DNA of 64,000 nt from Ottowia sp. (GCF_047601385.1 NZ_JASGJP010000001.1:466487-530486), one strand, 5' to 3'; positions 30,767 through 40,717 are shown, counted from the stretch's first letter. Notes: generated by a model from the letters alone, not told the origin. A program made the numbers and translations.

Positions 30767-32053
30767 TCAGTGATTGGCCTTGATCGCACGATGGCCAATG
30801 TCTCGCCGGTACTGCATGCCGTCGAAGTGGATGCCGCGCGCCACGTCGTAGGCGCGCGCCTGCGCCTGCTTGACCGAATCGGCCAGCACGGTGACGCACA
30901 GCACGCGGCCGCCCGCCGTTTTGACCTGCTCGCCCTCGGCCACGGTGCCGGCGTGGAAGACCACGGCGTCGTCGACCGGCTTGGGCAGGCCGGTGATGAG
31001 GTCGCCCTTCTTGGGGTTCAGCGGGTAGCCGCCCGCCGCCATCACCACGCCCAGGGCGGCGCGGCGGTCCCATTGCAGCTCGACTTCATGAAGCCTGCCG
31101 CTGGTGGCGGCCAGCAGCACGTCCACCAGGTCGGACTTCAGCCGCATCATGATGGGCTGCGTCTCGGGGTCGCCCATGCGGGTGTTGAACTCCAGCGTCT
31201 TCGGCCGGCCTTCGGCGTCGATCATCAGGCCGGCGTACAGGAAGCCGGTGAAGGGGATGCCGTCCTTGTCCATGCCGCGGATGGTGGGCAGGATCACGTC
31301 GCGCATCACGCGCGCGTGCACGTCGGGCGTGACCACGGGCGCGGGCGAGTACGCGCCCATGCCGCCGGTGTTGGGGCCCTCGTCGCCGTCCTTCAGGCGC
31401 TTGTGGTCCTGGCTGGTGGCCAGCGCCGCCACGTCCTTGCCGTCGCACAGCACGATGAAGCTGGCCTCCTCGCCCGCCAGGAACTCCTCGATCACCACGC
31501 GCGCGCCGCCTTCGTTGTGCGCCACGCCCAGCGTGTTGCCGCCCAGCATGTCGTCGATGGCGGCATGCGCTTCTTCTTTTGTAGCAGCCACCACCACGCC
31601 CTTGCCGGCGGCCAGGCCGTCGGCCTTGACGACGATGGGCGCGCCCAGGCGATCGACGTAGGCATGCGCGGCGGCCGGGTCGCTGAAGGTCTCGTAGGCC
31701 GCGGTGGGAATGCCGTGGCGCTTCATGAAGTCCTTGCTGAAGGCCTTGGAGCTTTCGAGCTGCGCGGCCGCCCGGGTGGGGCCGAAGATGCGCAGGCCGT
31801 GCGCGCGGAAATCGTCCACCACGCCGGCGGCCAGCGGCTGCTCGGGGCCGACCACGGTGAGGCCGATCTTTTCCTTCAGCGCCCAGTCGCGCAGCGCGGC
31901 CACGTCGGTGAGGGGCACGTTCTTCAGGGTAGGCGACAGCGCCGTGCCGCCGTTGCCGGGGGCCACGTACACCTGCTGCACCTTGGGCGATTGCGCCAGC
32001 TTCCAGGCCAGCGCGTGTTCACGGCCGCCGCCGCCGATCACCAGGACTTTCAT
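30767..32053 (-). CDS. purD: Phosphoribosylamine-glycine ligase
   Basis: [40 protein letters not shown]. Confidence 0.98.
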   Translation of the reverse strand: MKVLVIGGGGREHALAWKLAQSPKVQQVYVAPGNGGTALSPTLKNVPLTDVAALRDWALKEKIGLTVVGPEQPLAAGVVDDFRAHGLRIFGPTRAAAQLESSKAFSKDFMKRHGIPTAAYETFSDPAAAHAYVDRLGAPIVVKADGLAAGKGVVVAATKEEAHAAIDDMLGGNTLGVAHNEGGARVVIEEFLAGEEASFIVLCDGKDVAALATSQDHKRLKDGDEGPNTGGMGAYSPAPVVTPDVHARVMRDVILPTIRGMDKDGIPFTGFLYAGLMIDAEGRPKTLEFNTRMGDPETQPIMMRLKSDLVDVLLAATSGRLHEVELQWDRRAALGVVMAAGGYPLNPKKGDLITGLPKPVDDAVVFHAGTVAEGEQVKTAGGRVLCVTVLADSVKQAQARAYDVARGIHFDGMQYRRDIGHRAIKANH

Positions 32054-32778
32054 GCCAGCTCGATGTTGGCGTTGTGGAACACGTCCTGCACGTCGTCCAG
32101 GTCCTCGATCATGTCCAGCAGCTTCTGCATGCGCGCGGCGTCCTCGCCGGCCAGGTCGATGGTGTTCTCGGCGCGCATCGTCACCTCGGCCACCTCGGGC
32201 TTCAGGCCGGCGGCCTCCAGCGCGTTCTTCACGGCCTCGAACTGCGCCGGGTCGGTCAGCACCTCGATGGCGCCGTCCTCATCGGCGATCACGTCGTCGG
32301 CACCGGCTTCCAGCGCCACTTCCATCACCTGGTCCTCGCTGGCGCCGGGGGCGAACACGAGTTGGCCCACGTGCCTGAACTGGAACGCCACCGAGCCCTC
32401 GGTGCCCATGTTGCCGCCGTACTTTGAAAAGACGTGGCGCACCTCGGCCACGGTGCGCACGCGGTTGTCCGTCATGGTGTCCACGATGATGGCGGCGCCG
32501 CCGATGCCGTAGCCCTCGTAGCGGATCTCTTCATAGCTCACGCCTTCGAGGTTGCCGGTGGCCTTGTCGATGTTGCGCTTGACCGTGTCGGCCGGCATGT
32601 TGGCGGCCTTGGCCTTCTCGATGGCCAGGCGCAGGCGCGGGTTGGCCGACGGGTCGCCTCCGCCGGTGCGCGCCGCCACCATGATCTCGCGCACCACGCG
32701 CGTCCAGATGCGCTGGCGCTTCTCGTCCTGGCGCCCCTTGCGGTGCTGGATGTTCGCCCATTTGCTGTGGCCGGCCAT
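32050..32778 (-). CDS. yebC: YebC/PmpR family protein
   Basis: [27 protein letters not shown]. Confidence 0.95.
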   Translation of the reverse strand: MAGHSKWANIQHRKGRQDEKRQRIWTRVVREIMVAARTGGGDPSANPRLRLAIEKAKAANMPADTVKRNIDKATGNLEGVSYEEIRYEGYGIGGAAIIVDTMTDNRVRTVAEVRHVFSKYGGNMGTEGSVAFQFRHVGQLVFAPGASEDQVMEVALEAGADDVIADEDGAIEVLTDPAQFEAVKNALEAAGLKPEVAEVTMRAENTIDLAGEDAARMQKLLDMIEDLDDVQDVFHNANIELA

Positions 32779-32844
32779 GAAACCCTGCTTTCTCTAGAAG
32801 TCGTCTGATAATCGAGCGATTTTACTTTTCATGGACACGACACC

Positions 32845-34365
32845 ATGGCCGACCCCCTGCTGATCGCCAAGCACGGCGACATCGAATCCCTGCTGCTGCC
32901 CGGCCTGGCGAACCGCCACGGCCTGATCACCGGCGCCACCGGCACCGGCAAGACGGTGACCTTGCAGAAGATGGCCGAGGAATTCAGCCGCATCGGCGTG
33001 CCGGTGTTCATGAGCGACGTGAAGGGCGACCTCTCCGGTATCAGCCAGGCCGGCAGCATCCAGGGCAAGCTGGCCGAGGTGCTGAAGGAGCGCGGCCTGC
33101 CCGCGCCCGAGCCCATGGCCTGCCCCGTCACCTTCTGGGACGTGTTCGGCGAGCTGGGCCACCCGGTGCGCGCCACCATCAGCGACATGGGGCCGCTGCT
33201 GCTGGGCCGCATGCTCGACCTGAACGACACCCAGGCCGGTGTGCTGAACCTGGTGTTCAAGATCGCCGACGACAACGGCCTGCTGCTGCTCGACCTGAAG
33301 GACCTGCGCGCCATGCTCACCCACGTGGGCGAGAACGCCAAGGACTTCACCACCCAGTACGGCAACATCAGCACCGCCAGCGTCGGCGCCATCCAGCGCG
33401 GCCTGCTGCAACTGGAGAGCCAGGGCGCCGACAAGTTCTTCGGCGAGCCCATGCTCGACATCGCCGACCTGATGCAGACCGTGCAGGGCCGGGGCGTGGT
33501 CAACATCCTCTCGGCCGACAAGCTGATGACGGCGCCGCGCCTGTACGCCAGCTTCCTGCTGTGGCTGCTGTCCGAGCTGTTCGAGCACCTGCCCGAGGTG
33601 GGCGACCCCGAGAAGCCCAAGTTCGTCTTCTTCTTCGACGAGGCGCATCTGCTGTTCGCCGACGCGCCCAAGGTGCTGCTGGAGCGCATCGAGCTGGTGG
33701 TGCGCCTGGTGCGCTCCAAGGGCGTGGGCGTGTATTTCGTCACGCAGAACCCCATCGACGTGCCCGACACCGTGCTGGCGCAGCTGGGCAACCGCGTGCA
33801 GCACGCGCTGCGCGCCTTCACCCCGCGCGACCAGAAGGCGGTGAAGGCCACCGCGCAGACCATGCGCGCCAACCCGGGGCTCGACATCGAGAGCGCCATC
33901 ACCGAGCTGGGCACCGGCGAGGCGCTGGTGAGCTTCCTCGACGCCAAGGGCCGCCCAGGCGTGACCGAGCGCGTATTCGTCATCCCGCCCGGCAGCCAGA
34001 TCGGCCCGATCACCGACGCCCAGCGCGCCGAGGTTGTGAAGGGCTCGCTGGTGGCCGGCGCGTATGACCAGGCGGTGGACCGCGAATCGGCCTACGAGCT
34101 GCTGGCCGCGCGCGGCGGCGCGGCCACCGCCGCACCGGGCGCCCCCGCCAAGCCGGGTGCCCCCGCGCCCGCCCCGGCCGACGACGGCGGCCTGCTGGGG
34201 AGCGCCGGCGCCGCCCTCAAGGAAGCCCTGTTCGGCCGCACCGGCCCGCGCGGCGGCCAGTACGACGGCATCGTGCAGAACGTGGTCAAGGGCGAGATGC
34301 GCCGCATGGGCCGAGAGCTGGTGCGCGGCGCCCTGGGCAGCCTGCTGGGCGGCAAGCGGCGCTGA
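32845..34365 (+). CDS. DUF853/HerA-like P-loop ATPase (YjgR family)
   Basis: [39 protein letters not shown]. Confidence 0.9.
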   Translation: MADPLLIAKHGDIESLLLPGLANRHGLITGATGTGKTVTLQKMAEEFSRIGVPVFMSDVKGDLSGISQAGSIQGKLAEVLKERGLPAPEPMACPVTFWDVFGELGHPVRATISDMGPLLLGRMLDLNDTQAGVLNLVFKIADDNGLLLLDLKDLRAMLTHVGENAKDFTTQYGNISTASVGAIQRGLLQLESQGADKFFGEPMLDIADLMQTVQGRGVVNILSADKLMTAPRLYASFLLWLLSELFEHLPEVGDPEKPKFVFFFDEAHLLFADAPKVLLERIELVVRLVRSKGVGVYFVTQNPIDVPDTVLAQLGNRVQHALRAFTPRDQKAVKATAQTMRANPGLDIESAITELGTGEALVSFLDAKGRPGVTERVFVIPPGSQIGPITDAQRAEVVKGSLVAGAYDQAVDRESAYELLAARGGAATAAPGAPAKPGAPAPAPADDGGLLGSAGAALKEALFGRTGPRGGQYDGIVQNVVKGEMRRMGRELVRGALGSLLGGKRR

Positions 34366-34461
34366 ATGCGCCGCGTCGCCAAGGTGAATCGGCTCGAAGC
34401 ATCCGATCCCTAGAATCCGCTTTCACGAACACCTCTCCACCCTTTCAACCGATCCGAGCAC

Positions 34462-35277
34462 ATGGCAACCCAACACCCCCACACCGGCCATCCCAGCCCG
34501 CTCCACTCTTGGCTGGAGATGCGCGTGTTCAACGAAATCGCCACCCTGCCCATGGCCTGGCCGATGCTCATGCAAACGCCCAAGGGCGACGGCCACCCGG
34601 TGCTGCTCTCGCCCGGCTTCATGGGCGACGAAGGCTCGCTCTTCGCGCTCAAGCGCTTTCTCGAAAGCCGGGACTACGAGGTGCACACCTGGGGCATGGG
34701 CCGCAACGTCGGCTTCAAGACGCGGCACGCCCAGGCGCTGGAGCAGAAAATCCGCCACCTGCATCACCACACGGGCCGCAAGGTCAGCCTGATCGGCTGG
34801 AGCCTGGGCGGCCTGTTCTCGCTCTACGGCGCGCTGGAGGCGCCCGAGTGCGTGCGCCAGCTGATCACGCTGGGCAGCCCCGTCACGATGGACCCCGAGC
34901 ACGGCAGCCAGTCGGCGCCTTTCGTGCGCAAGCTGTACCGCATCATCGCGCACCCCATGGGCCCCAGCGTGCACCTGATGCAGCCGCGCTCCAAGAAACT
35001 GCGCAACCGGCAGTTGCCGCCGGTGCCCATCAGCTGCCTGTACTCGATCAGCGACGGCGTGGTGCCCGCGCAGGAGGCGACCATCACCGGCGACCCCAGC
35101 CATTGCGAGAACATCCGCGTCTACGGCAGCCACGTCGGCCTGGGCTTCAACGCGATGGTGCTGGCCATCGTCGCCGACCGCCTGGCCCAGCCCGAGGGCG
35201 AGTGGAAGCCCTTCGAGCCCACCGGCGTGAGCGGCATGGCCTACCGCATGGCGACGCACGACGCGGTGCTGATCTGA
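34462..35277 (+). CDS. Alpha/beta hydrolase (lipase/esterase family)
   Basis: GWSLGG nucleophile elbow, TLGSP, DGVV, SHVGL. Confidence 0.88.
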   Translation: MATQHPHTGHPSPLHSWLEMRVFNEIATLPMAWPMLMQTPKGDGHPVLLSPGFMGDEGSLFALKRFLESRDYEVHTWGMGRNVGFKTRHAQALEQKIRHLHHHTGRKVSLIGWSLGGLFSLYGALEAPECVRQLITLGSPVTMDPEHGSQSAPFVRKLYRIIAHPMGPSVHLMQPRSKKLRNRQLPPVPISCLYSISDGVVPAQEATITGDPSHCENIRVYGSHVGLGFNAMVLAIVADRLAQPEGEWKPFEPTGVSGMAYRMATHDAVLI

Positions 35278-35299
35278 GCACGCCGCGCTCTCCCGCGGC

Positions 35300-36253
35300 T
35301 CACCTCCCCGCCATCAGTTCCCGCGCCAGATCGCTGTAGATTCTATAGCGGCTGGCGTTGATCGCTCCTGGGCTGGAGGCCGATTCGACCATTGAAATCA
35401 CCCCGCAGCCCGGCTCGTGCAGGTGGGTGCAGTTATAGAACCGGCATGCGGCCACGTGGGGGTTGATGTCGGGCATGTAGGCGGCCAGCTGCGCCGGCTC
35501 GATGTGGCGCAGGCCGAACTCCTGGAAGCCAGGGGAGTCGATCAGGGCGCTCGCGCGCGCATCGTCCAGCCAGTACCAGGTGGTGCTGGTGGTGGTGTGG
35601 CGGCCGCTGTTCAGGGCCTGCGAGATCTCGCCCGTCTGCGCGCCGGCGCCGGGCACCAGGCGGTTGATGAGGGTGCTCTTGCCGGCGCCCGAGGGGCCCA
35701 GGATCAGCGTGGTGCGGCCGTGCAGCCGCCGGGCCAGGGCGTCGATGGATTCAATGGGCACGTCCACCGCCTGGCGCGGCTTGGCGGCCAGGCCCAGCAC
35801 GGCATAGCCCATGGCGCGGTAGGGCGCCAGCCGCGCCCAGGCGCGCGCGAAAGGCACCCCCAGGTCGGCCTTGTTCAGCACGATCAGCGGCGCGATGTGC
35901 TCGGCCTCGCAGGCGATCAGGGCGCGGGCGAGCTGGTGCTCGGAGAACTCGGGCTCGGCGGCGACCAGGATCAGCACCTGGTCCAGGTTGGCGGCGAAGG
36001 ACTTGGTGCGCACCTCGTCCTGGCGGTACAGCAGGTTGCGGCGTTCCACCACCTGCTCGATGGTGCCCTCGTCCTGCGAGGGCAGCCAGCGCACGCGGTC
36101 GCCCACCACCACGGCCAGCTTCTTGCCGCGCGGGTGGCAGATGACGCGCTCGCCGCCCGGCGTCTCGACCACGCAGTGGCGCCCGTGGGCGCTGACGACC
36201 AGCCCGTCCTGCAGGCGAGCGTCAGCGGCAGAAGGAGAGCGTGGGCGGCTCAA
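35300..36253 (-). CDS. rsgA: Ribosome small subunit-dependent GTPase A
   Basis: VVGDRV, NKAD, GPSGAGKSTLIN, GRHTTT, DSPG, CRFYNCTHLHEPGC. Confidence 0.95.
   Translation of the reverse strand: MSRPRSPSAADARLQDGLVVSAHGRHCVVETPGGERVICHPRGKKLAVVVGDRVRWLPSQDEGTIEQVVERRNLLYRQDEVRTKSFAANLDQVLILVAAEPEFSEHQLARALIACEAEHIAPLIVLNKADLGVPFARAWARLAPYRAMGYAVLGLAAKPRQAVDVPIESIDALARRLHGRTTLILGPSGAGKSTLINRLVPGAGAQTGEISQALNSGRHTTTSTTWYWLDDARASALIDSPGFQEFGLRHIEPAQLAAYMPDINPHVAACRFYNCTHLHEPGCGVISMVESASSPGAINASRYRIYSDLARELMAGR
35333..35397 (+). repeat. 62-bp element in-frame in the rsgA 3' end
   Basis: GCTGT-AGATTCT-ATAGC, 28 nt, then GGCC-GATTCGACCATTGAAA. Confidence 0.8.
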
Positions 36254-36591
36254 GGCGTGGCGCGGGGCTGGGCGCGAGCAGCGTCGGCCAGTTCGTCAGT
36301 GGCGCGCGCGGCGCGCACGTCGAGCGCGGTCACGCCGCCGGCGTCGTGCGTGGTCCAGACCACGGCCAGGTGGCCCCAGCCGACGTGCAGGTCGGGGTGG
36401 TGGTTCAGGCGCTCGGCCAGCCCGGCCACGGCCTGCGCCAGTGCCATCGCCTGGGCGAAGTCGGGCAGGCGCCAGCGCTTCTCCAGCGCCGGCACGCCGC
36501 CGCGCACGACCTGCGCCCAGCCGGGCGGCGGCGCGTCGATTGCTCCGGATTCAGGAGCTGCTGGCGCAGGTGGGACGGGCGCTGGAGCCAT
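36250..36591 (-). CDS. Pterin-4-alpha-carbinolamine dehydratase
   Basis: AERLNHHPDL..WTTHDAGGVTALD. Confidence 0.88.
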   Translation of the reverse strand: MAPAPVPPAPAAPESGAIDAPPPGWAQVVRGGVPALEKRWRLPDFAQAMALAQAVAGLAERLNHHPDLHVGWGHLAVVWTTHDAGGVTALDVRAARATDELADAARAQPRATP

Positions 36592-36603
36592 ATTTTTCTT
36601 AGA
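36542..36603 (+). repeat. 62-bp element overlapping the start of the dehydratase gene
   Basis: GCTCC-GGATTCA-GGAGC (compensatory centre), 28 nt, then GCCA. Confidence 0.75.
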
Positions 36604-36661
36604 AGATCAGTTGTTCAAGGCGCACTGCACAAGCTGCGGCACATCCAGCACCTCGGCACGC

Positions 36662-36784
36662 AAGGCCGCGGAGCAGGCCAAGCCAGCGCACCCGTGGCCG
36701 GGGGCCCCCCGGCCAGGGGGTGCGCCCCCTTGAGGGGAGATGCCGCAACATCGCGCAGCGAGTGGAGCAACGGGGGTGGGTCAT
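36662..36784. repeat. ~120-bp dispersed repeat, copy 2
   Basis: Homologous to 29742-29863. Confidence 0.85.
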
Positions 36785-38082
36785 AGAACCTGCGCGCCCA
36801 TGCGCGCGATGCGCTCGCTGGCGGGCGGGTGCGAGTAGTAGAAGCGCACGTACACCGGGTCGGGCGTGAGCGTGCTGGCGTTGTCCTTGTAGAGCTTGAC
36901 CAGCGCGTTGCTCAGGTCTTGCGCGCTGGCCTGGGCGGCGGCGTAGGCGTCGGCCTCGAACTCGTGCTTGCGCGACAGTTGCGCCATCAGCGGCGACAGG
37001 AAGAAGCTGAACACCGGCACCACCAGCATGAACAGCAGCAGCGCCAGCGCGTGGTTGGGCACGGTTCCGCCCAGTTCGGCCGGCAGGTTGGGCGTGACGC
37101 CCAGGCCCGCATAGAACCAGCTCTGCCGCGCCAGCCAGCCCAGCAGCGCCAGCCCGCCCAGGCTGAGCGCGAACATCCCGGCGATGCGCTGGGCGATGTG
37201 CCGGTGCTTGAAGTGGCCCAGCTCGTGCGCCAGCACGGCCTCCACCTCGGGCGGGGTGAGCTGCTCCAGCAGCGTGTCGAAGAACACCACGCGCTTGGCG
37301 GCGCCGAAGCCGGTGAAATAGGCGTTGGCGTGCGCGCTGCGGCGGCTGCCGTCCATCACGAACAGGCCCTTGGCGGCAAAGCCGCAGCGGGCCATCAGGC
37401 CGGTCACCCGCGCCTTCAGCGACTCGTCCTGCAAGGGCTGGAACTTGTTGAACAGCGGCGCGATGAACATCGGGTAGACCACCAGCATCAGCAGGCTGAA
37501 GCCCATCCACGCGCCCCAGGTCCACAGCCACCACCAGGCGCCGGTGGCGTTCATCAGCCACAGCACCAGCGCGGCCAGCGGCACGCCGATGGCGATGCCG
37601 AGCAGCGTGGACTTCAGCAGGTCGCCCAGCCACAGCCCGAGCGTCATCTTGTTGAAGCCGAAGCGCTGCTCCAGCACGAAGGTGTTGAACAGCGCCACCG
37701 GCAGGTCGATCAGCCCGTTGATGGCGGCAAAGGCCACCAGCAGCGCCAGCGGCTGCAACAGCGGGCGCTGGGCGCCCATCAGGTCCAGCAGGGCGCCGTT
37801 CAGCCCGTCCAGCCCGCCCAGCAGCGTCCAGCCCAGCAGCACGGCGGCGCCCAGGGCCAGCTCGATCAGGCCGAAGCGCAGCTTGGCCACCGTGTAGTCG
37901 GCCGCGCGCTGGTGCGAGGCGAGCGGAATCGCCTGCGCGAACTCCGCCGGCACCTGGGCGCGGTGGCGGGCCACAGCGCGGATCTGGCGCGAGGCCAGCC
38001 ACAGCTTGACCAGCAGGTTGGCCAGCAGCGCCGCGCCCAGGATGAGGCTGACGACGAGGGCGGGAGTGAGCGGTTCGTTCAA
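36781..38082 (-). CDS. M48 (Ste24-like) zinc metallopeptidase
   Basis: ANAYFTG, VLAHELGHF (HExxH), EFEAD, YSHPP. Confidence 0.93.
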   Translation of the reverse strand: MNEPLTPALVVSLILGAALLANLLVKLWLASRQIRAVARHRAQVPAEFAQAIPLASHQRAADYTVAKLRFGLIELALGAAVLLGWTLLGGLDGLNGALLDLMGAQRPLLQPLALLVAFAAINGLIDLPVALFNTFVLEQRFGFNKMTLGLWLGDLLKSTLLGIAIGVPLAALVLWLMNATGAWWWLWTWGAWMGFSLLMLVVYPMFIAPLFNKFQPLQDESLKARVTGLMARCGFAAKGLFVMDGSRRSAHANAYFTGFGAAKRVVFFDTLLEQLTPPEVEAVLAHELGHFKHRHIAQRIAGMFALSLGGLALLGWLARQSWFYAGLGVTPNLPAELGGTVPNHALALLLFMLVVPVFSFFLSPLMAQLSRKHEFEADAYAAAQASAQDLSNALVKLYKDNASTLTPDPVYVRFYYSHPPASERIARMGAQVL

Positions 38083-38141
38083 GGTGAAAGGTCGGGTTGG
38101 CGGCCGAAGCGCCGAGTGTAGAACGTGGACAATCGCCCCCC

Positions 38142-38726
38142 ATGACCGACCAAGCCCCCTCCCCCAGCGACGCCCTGCCCAAGTCCGACCAGAACCTGGT
38201 CTGGCTGGACTGCGAGATGACCGGCCTGGACCCGGAGAAGGAACGCATCATCGAGATCGCCGTGGTCGTCACCGGCCCGCAGTTGACGCCGCGCGTCGAA
38301 GGGCCGGTGCTGGTCGTCCACCAGAGCGACGCCGTGCTGGACGCCATGGACGCCTGGAACAAGGGCACGCACGGGCGCAGCGGGCTGATCGACAAAGTGA
38401 AGGCCGCCACCACCACCGAGGCCGAGGCCGAGGCCAAGCTGATCGCCTTCCTCTCGCGCTACGTGCCCAAGGGCGCCTCGCCGATGTGCGGCAACACCAT
38501 CGGCCAGGACCGGCGCTTCCTGGTCAAGTACATGCCGCGGCTGGAGGCGTTCTTCCACTACCGCAACATCGACGTCAGCACGCTGAAGGAACTGGCGCGC
38601 CGCTGGCGGCCGGAAGTGGTCGATGCCTTCACCAAGCGCCAGGCGCATACGGCGCTGGCGGACGTGCATGAGTCGATTGATGAACTGGCGCACTACCGCG
38701 AGCGCTTCATCCGGCTGCACGGCTGA
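38142..38726 (+). CDS. orn: Oligoribonuclease
   Basis: [43 protein letters not shown]. Confidence 0.97.
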   Translation: MTDQAPSPSDALPKSDQNLVWLDCEMTGLDPEKERIIEIAVVVTGPQLTPRVEGPVLVVHQSDAVLDAMDAWNKGTHGRSGLIDKVKAATTTEAEAEAKLIAFLSRYVPKGASPMCGNTIGQDRRFLVKYMPRLEAFFHYRNIDVSTLKELARRWRPEVVDAFTKRQAHTALADVHESIDELAHYRERFIRLHG

Positions 38727-38863
38727 CACCCCCTGTCGGCCCGCATCTCGCCCACCTGCCGAGAAACACCGGCATTGCGCCGGGCCGCCTCGGTGCGCGT
38801 CCAGTCGAGCACATCAACGCCCAAGCTCAGCGGGTGCCGCAGGCGGTCTATTAGAGTGAAGAG

Positions 38864-39181
38864 TCAGACCGCAGAGGCATCCCGAAAAGCGCGAAGAACA
38901 GAGTTGATCCGCGTCTGGTAGCCAGCGCCTTGTGCCTTGAACCACTCAATAACGTCCTGGTCAATGCGCAGCGAGATCAGTTCCTTATTGGGAACTGGCG
39001 CAAGCCCGCGCCGGACGATGCCGCGAACGATGTGATCCGGGTCGAACTCGGGATGCTCTTGAGACGGTTGGGCCTGGGTGTTGGGCGACATGAGCTGGGG
39101 CCAGTCAGTTCTGGACTTGGCTGAAGAAGAAGCGCGCTTCTCGATCGGTTGCTTTGCGGAAGGAGATGATGCGGATTTCAT
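38864..39181 (-). CDS. brnA: BrnA-family antitoxin (start uncertain)
   Basis: SRTDW..; ISLRIDQDVIEWFKAQGAGYQTRINSVLR. Confidence 0.88.
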   Translation of the reverse strand: MKSASSPSAKQPIEKRASSSAKSRTDWPQLMSPNTQAQPSQEHPEFDPDHIVRGIVRRGLAPVPNKELISLRIDQDVIEWFKAQGAGYQTRINSVLRAFRDASAV

Positions 39182-39380
39182 CGTTGGTCTCCGTGTGAGC
39201 GATGGACACAGGCACCCCGGCCAGAAGGCCCAGCGTGACGAAGCGTTGTTCACCGTAGTCGAAGCGGTCATCCTCGTAGGTGAAGGTCAAGCCTTCAAAG
39301 ACGCGCGGTGCATCAACGAAATCAAGGCCATGATCCTTGAGATTGATCCCGCGCTTGCGCTCTGACCATGTGAAACGCAT
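39105..39380 (-). CDS. brnT: BrnT-family toxin
   Basis: FTWSERKR.IN.K.HGLDF..A..VF; YGEQRF; IRIISFRKA. Confidence 0.9.
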   Translation of the reverse strand: MRFTWSERKRGINLKDHGLDFVDAPRVFEGLTFTYEDDRFDYGEQRFVTLGLLAGVPVSIAHTETNDEIRIISFRKATDREARFFFSQVQN

Positions 39381-39386
39381 GCAGCA

Positions 39387-39398
39387 TTGTAGCTACAA
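39387..39398. promoter_or_regulatory. Palindromic operator overlapping the brnT -10 box
   Basis: Perfect TTGTAGCTACAA immediately upstream of brnT; minus-strand TACAAT. Confidence 0.65.
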
Positions 39399-39444
39399 GG
39401 CGTAGGTGCATCAAGGGCGGGGGATTCCTGCGACTCAAGGATTT

Positions 39445-39496
39445 AATTTTCATCTGACCCTGATTTCCTCAAATTTTCATCTGACCCTGATTTCCT
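39445..39496 (-). repeat. Two exact 25-bp direct repeats (27-bp period) of the AAATCAGGGTCAGAT site
   Basis: AATTTTCATCTGACCCTGATTTCCT at 39445-39469 and 39472-39496. Confidence 0.9.
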
Positions 39497-39667
39497 TCAG
39501 ACGTGGCCGGCCTGATCGACGCCGTGCACGTGAAAAATGTTCTTCGCCAGATCGATGCCAACGGTGGTAGCTTGCATGGGGGACGCTCCTGTCTGGATGA
39601 CAAGTGGTTGTTCGGACCTCCACTTTGGCTCTTCAGGGCCGATCAGGTGGGGGCGTCCATTCCATTA
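39497..39667 (-). mobile_element. IS110-family left-end remnant with a 26-codon transposase stub
   Basis: 39577-39497 translates to MQATTVGIDLAKNIFHVHGVDQAGHV* (IS110 N-terminal GIDLAK motif); upstream TAATGGAATGGACGCCCC resembles an IS1111-type end. Confidence 0.8.
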
Positions 39668-39731
39668 ATTACCCCGCTGATTTTCCCGCCCTGATTTCTC
39701 ATGACCCAAATTTCCCCCTGATTTTTCCTAG
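39668..39731 (-). repeat. Cluster of four degenerate GGAAAATCAGGG half-sites
   Basis: Minus strand: GGAAAAATCAGGG / GGAAATTTGGGTCA / GAGAAATCAGGGC / GGGAAAATCAGCGGGG. Confidence 0.7.
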
Positions 39732-39747
39732 TGGTTTGATGAACCGT

Positions 39748-40185
39748 TCAGGAGACATCAGGCCCTTGCTCCTTATTCCCTCGTGGCTGAGATAACAAGC
39801 TGGCCACAGCTGAAAAGGCCATGCTAGTCAACCAAAAATAGAAGCCTAAACCCACTGTATATGGAAAGTCTCCCGCGCTTCCAACTGGGATTGTGGTGCC
39901 GAGTGGAAACAATGCGGCCACGACGAGTGCCAATGAAGCGAGCATGAACCCTAAGCCAGGGTCTGTGCGCTTACCCCAAGCGAACCATAAAAGCACGTTG
40001 GCCAGCCAAGAAAAGTGGCCCGCAAATATGCCTATTGGCCCAAGTAGCAGTGCCTCAAGGCCGTAGTGGGGCTGTAGCTTCCCATAGTAGTCAGCAAAGT
40101 ACGCCGGAAACGCAAGGCTTGCTGCATACAAGCCAATGCTGAGCCAGCCGCACAACTGCGACAGAATTTGAGAGCGACGTCGCAC
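39748..40185 (-). CDS. Small multi-pass membrane protein of unknown function (lower GC)
   Basis: About four hydrophobic segments; AGGAG RBS before GTG (the track uses TTG at 40203). Confidence 0.75.
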   Translation of the reverse strand: MRRRSQILSQLCGWLSIGLYAASLAFPAYFADYYGKLQPHYGLEALLLGPIGIFAGHFSWLANVLLWFAWGKRTDPGLGFMLASLALVVAALFPLGTTIPVGSAGDFPYTVGLGFYFWLTSMAFSAVASLLSQPRGNKEQGPDVS

Positions 40186-40210
40186 GCGTCTCCTAACGGA
40201 CAAAGTAAGA

Positions 40211-40247
40211 GGGAAAATTAGGGAAAATTAGGGTCAGATCACAATTT
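40211..40247 (+). repeat. AAATCAGGGTCAGAT-type site with duplicated GGGAAAATTA
   Basis: GGGAAAATTA GGGAAAATTA GGGTCAGATCACAATTT. Confidence 0.8.
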
Positions 40248-40252
40248 ATTCC

Positions 40253-40717
40253 CTATGCCACGGCTTCCTCGGGTTCACTCTGGGTGTGTCCTACCCATTT
40301 GCCGCGCCGTTCGGTGGCGACCAACTTCTGGTTGCAGAGCCGGTCAACGGTGTTGATCCGGTCCAGAATTTCAGTGACCTTGCCGTTGCCCTTGAACTTC
40401 TCGAAGGCAACGATGCGCAGCAGGGCATCGGCCTGGGCGGGTACTCGGCCGGTTCTCTCCCACAGGGAGACGGATTGCTCGGTCGTCAGCAGCACGCGCT
40501 GCGCCAGCGACTGCTGCGACAGGCCCAGCAGCGTGCGCAGAAAGCGCAGCTCCTTGCCGGTGATGCGACCAGGCTTCTTGATGATCGACTGGGCGATGAC
40601 GAGGTGCAGGCCGTCGGTGTCTTCAATGGACACGCCTTTGCCGTAGGGCGTGCGGTGGATGGTGTAGCCGTTTTCCAGCCACACGTTGTCGAGGCCGGAT
40701 TCCGTGTAGTGGTACAT
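40253..40717 (-). CDS. HTH antitoxin-like regulator (MqsA/YgiT-like)
   Basis: MYHYTESGLDNVWLENGY..ELRFLRTLLGLSQQSLA..SVSLWER. Confidence 0.78.
   Translation of the reverse strand: MYHYTESGLDNVWLENGYTIHRTPYGKGVSIEDTDGLHLVIAQSIIKKPGRITGKELRFLRTLLGLSQQSLAQRVLLTTEQSVSLWERTGRVPAQADALLRIVAFEKFKGNGKVTEILDRINTVDRLCNQKLVATERRGKWVGHTQSEPEEAVA

Noticed and set aside
31569-31620. 62-bp element-like sequence in purD (GCTTC-TTCTTTT-GTAGC)
   Set aside because: Only the centre matches; the arm is explained by the conserved GKGVVVA coding sequence. Not counted.
39445-39731. CRISPR array
   Set aside because: Only two exact repeats with a 2-nt gap, no uniform spacers and no cas genes.
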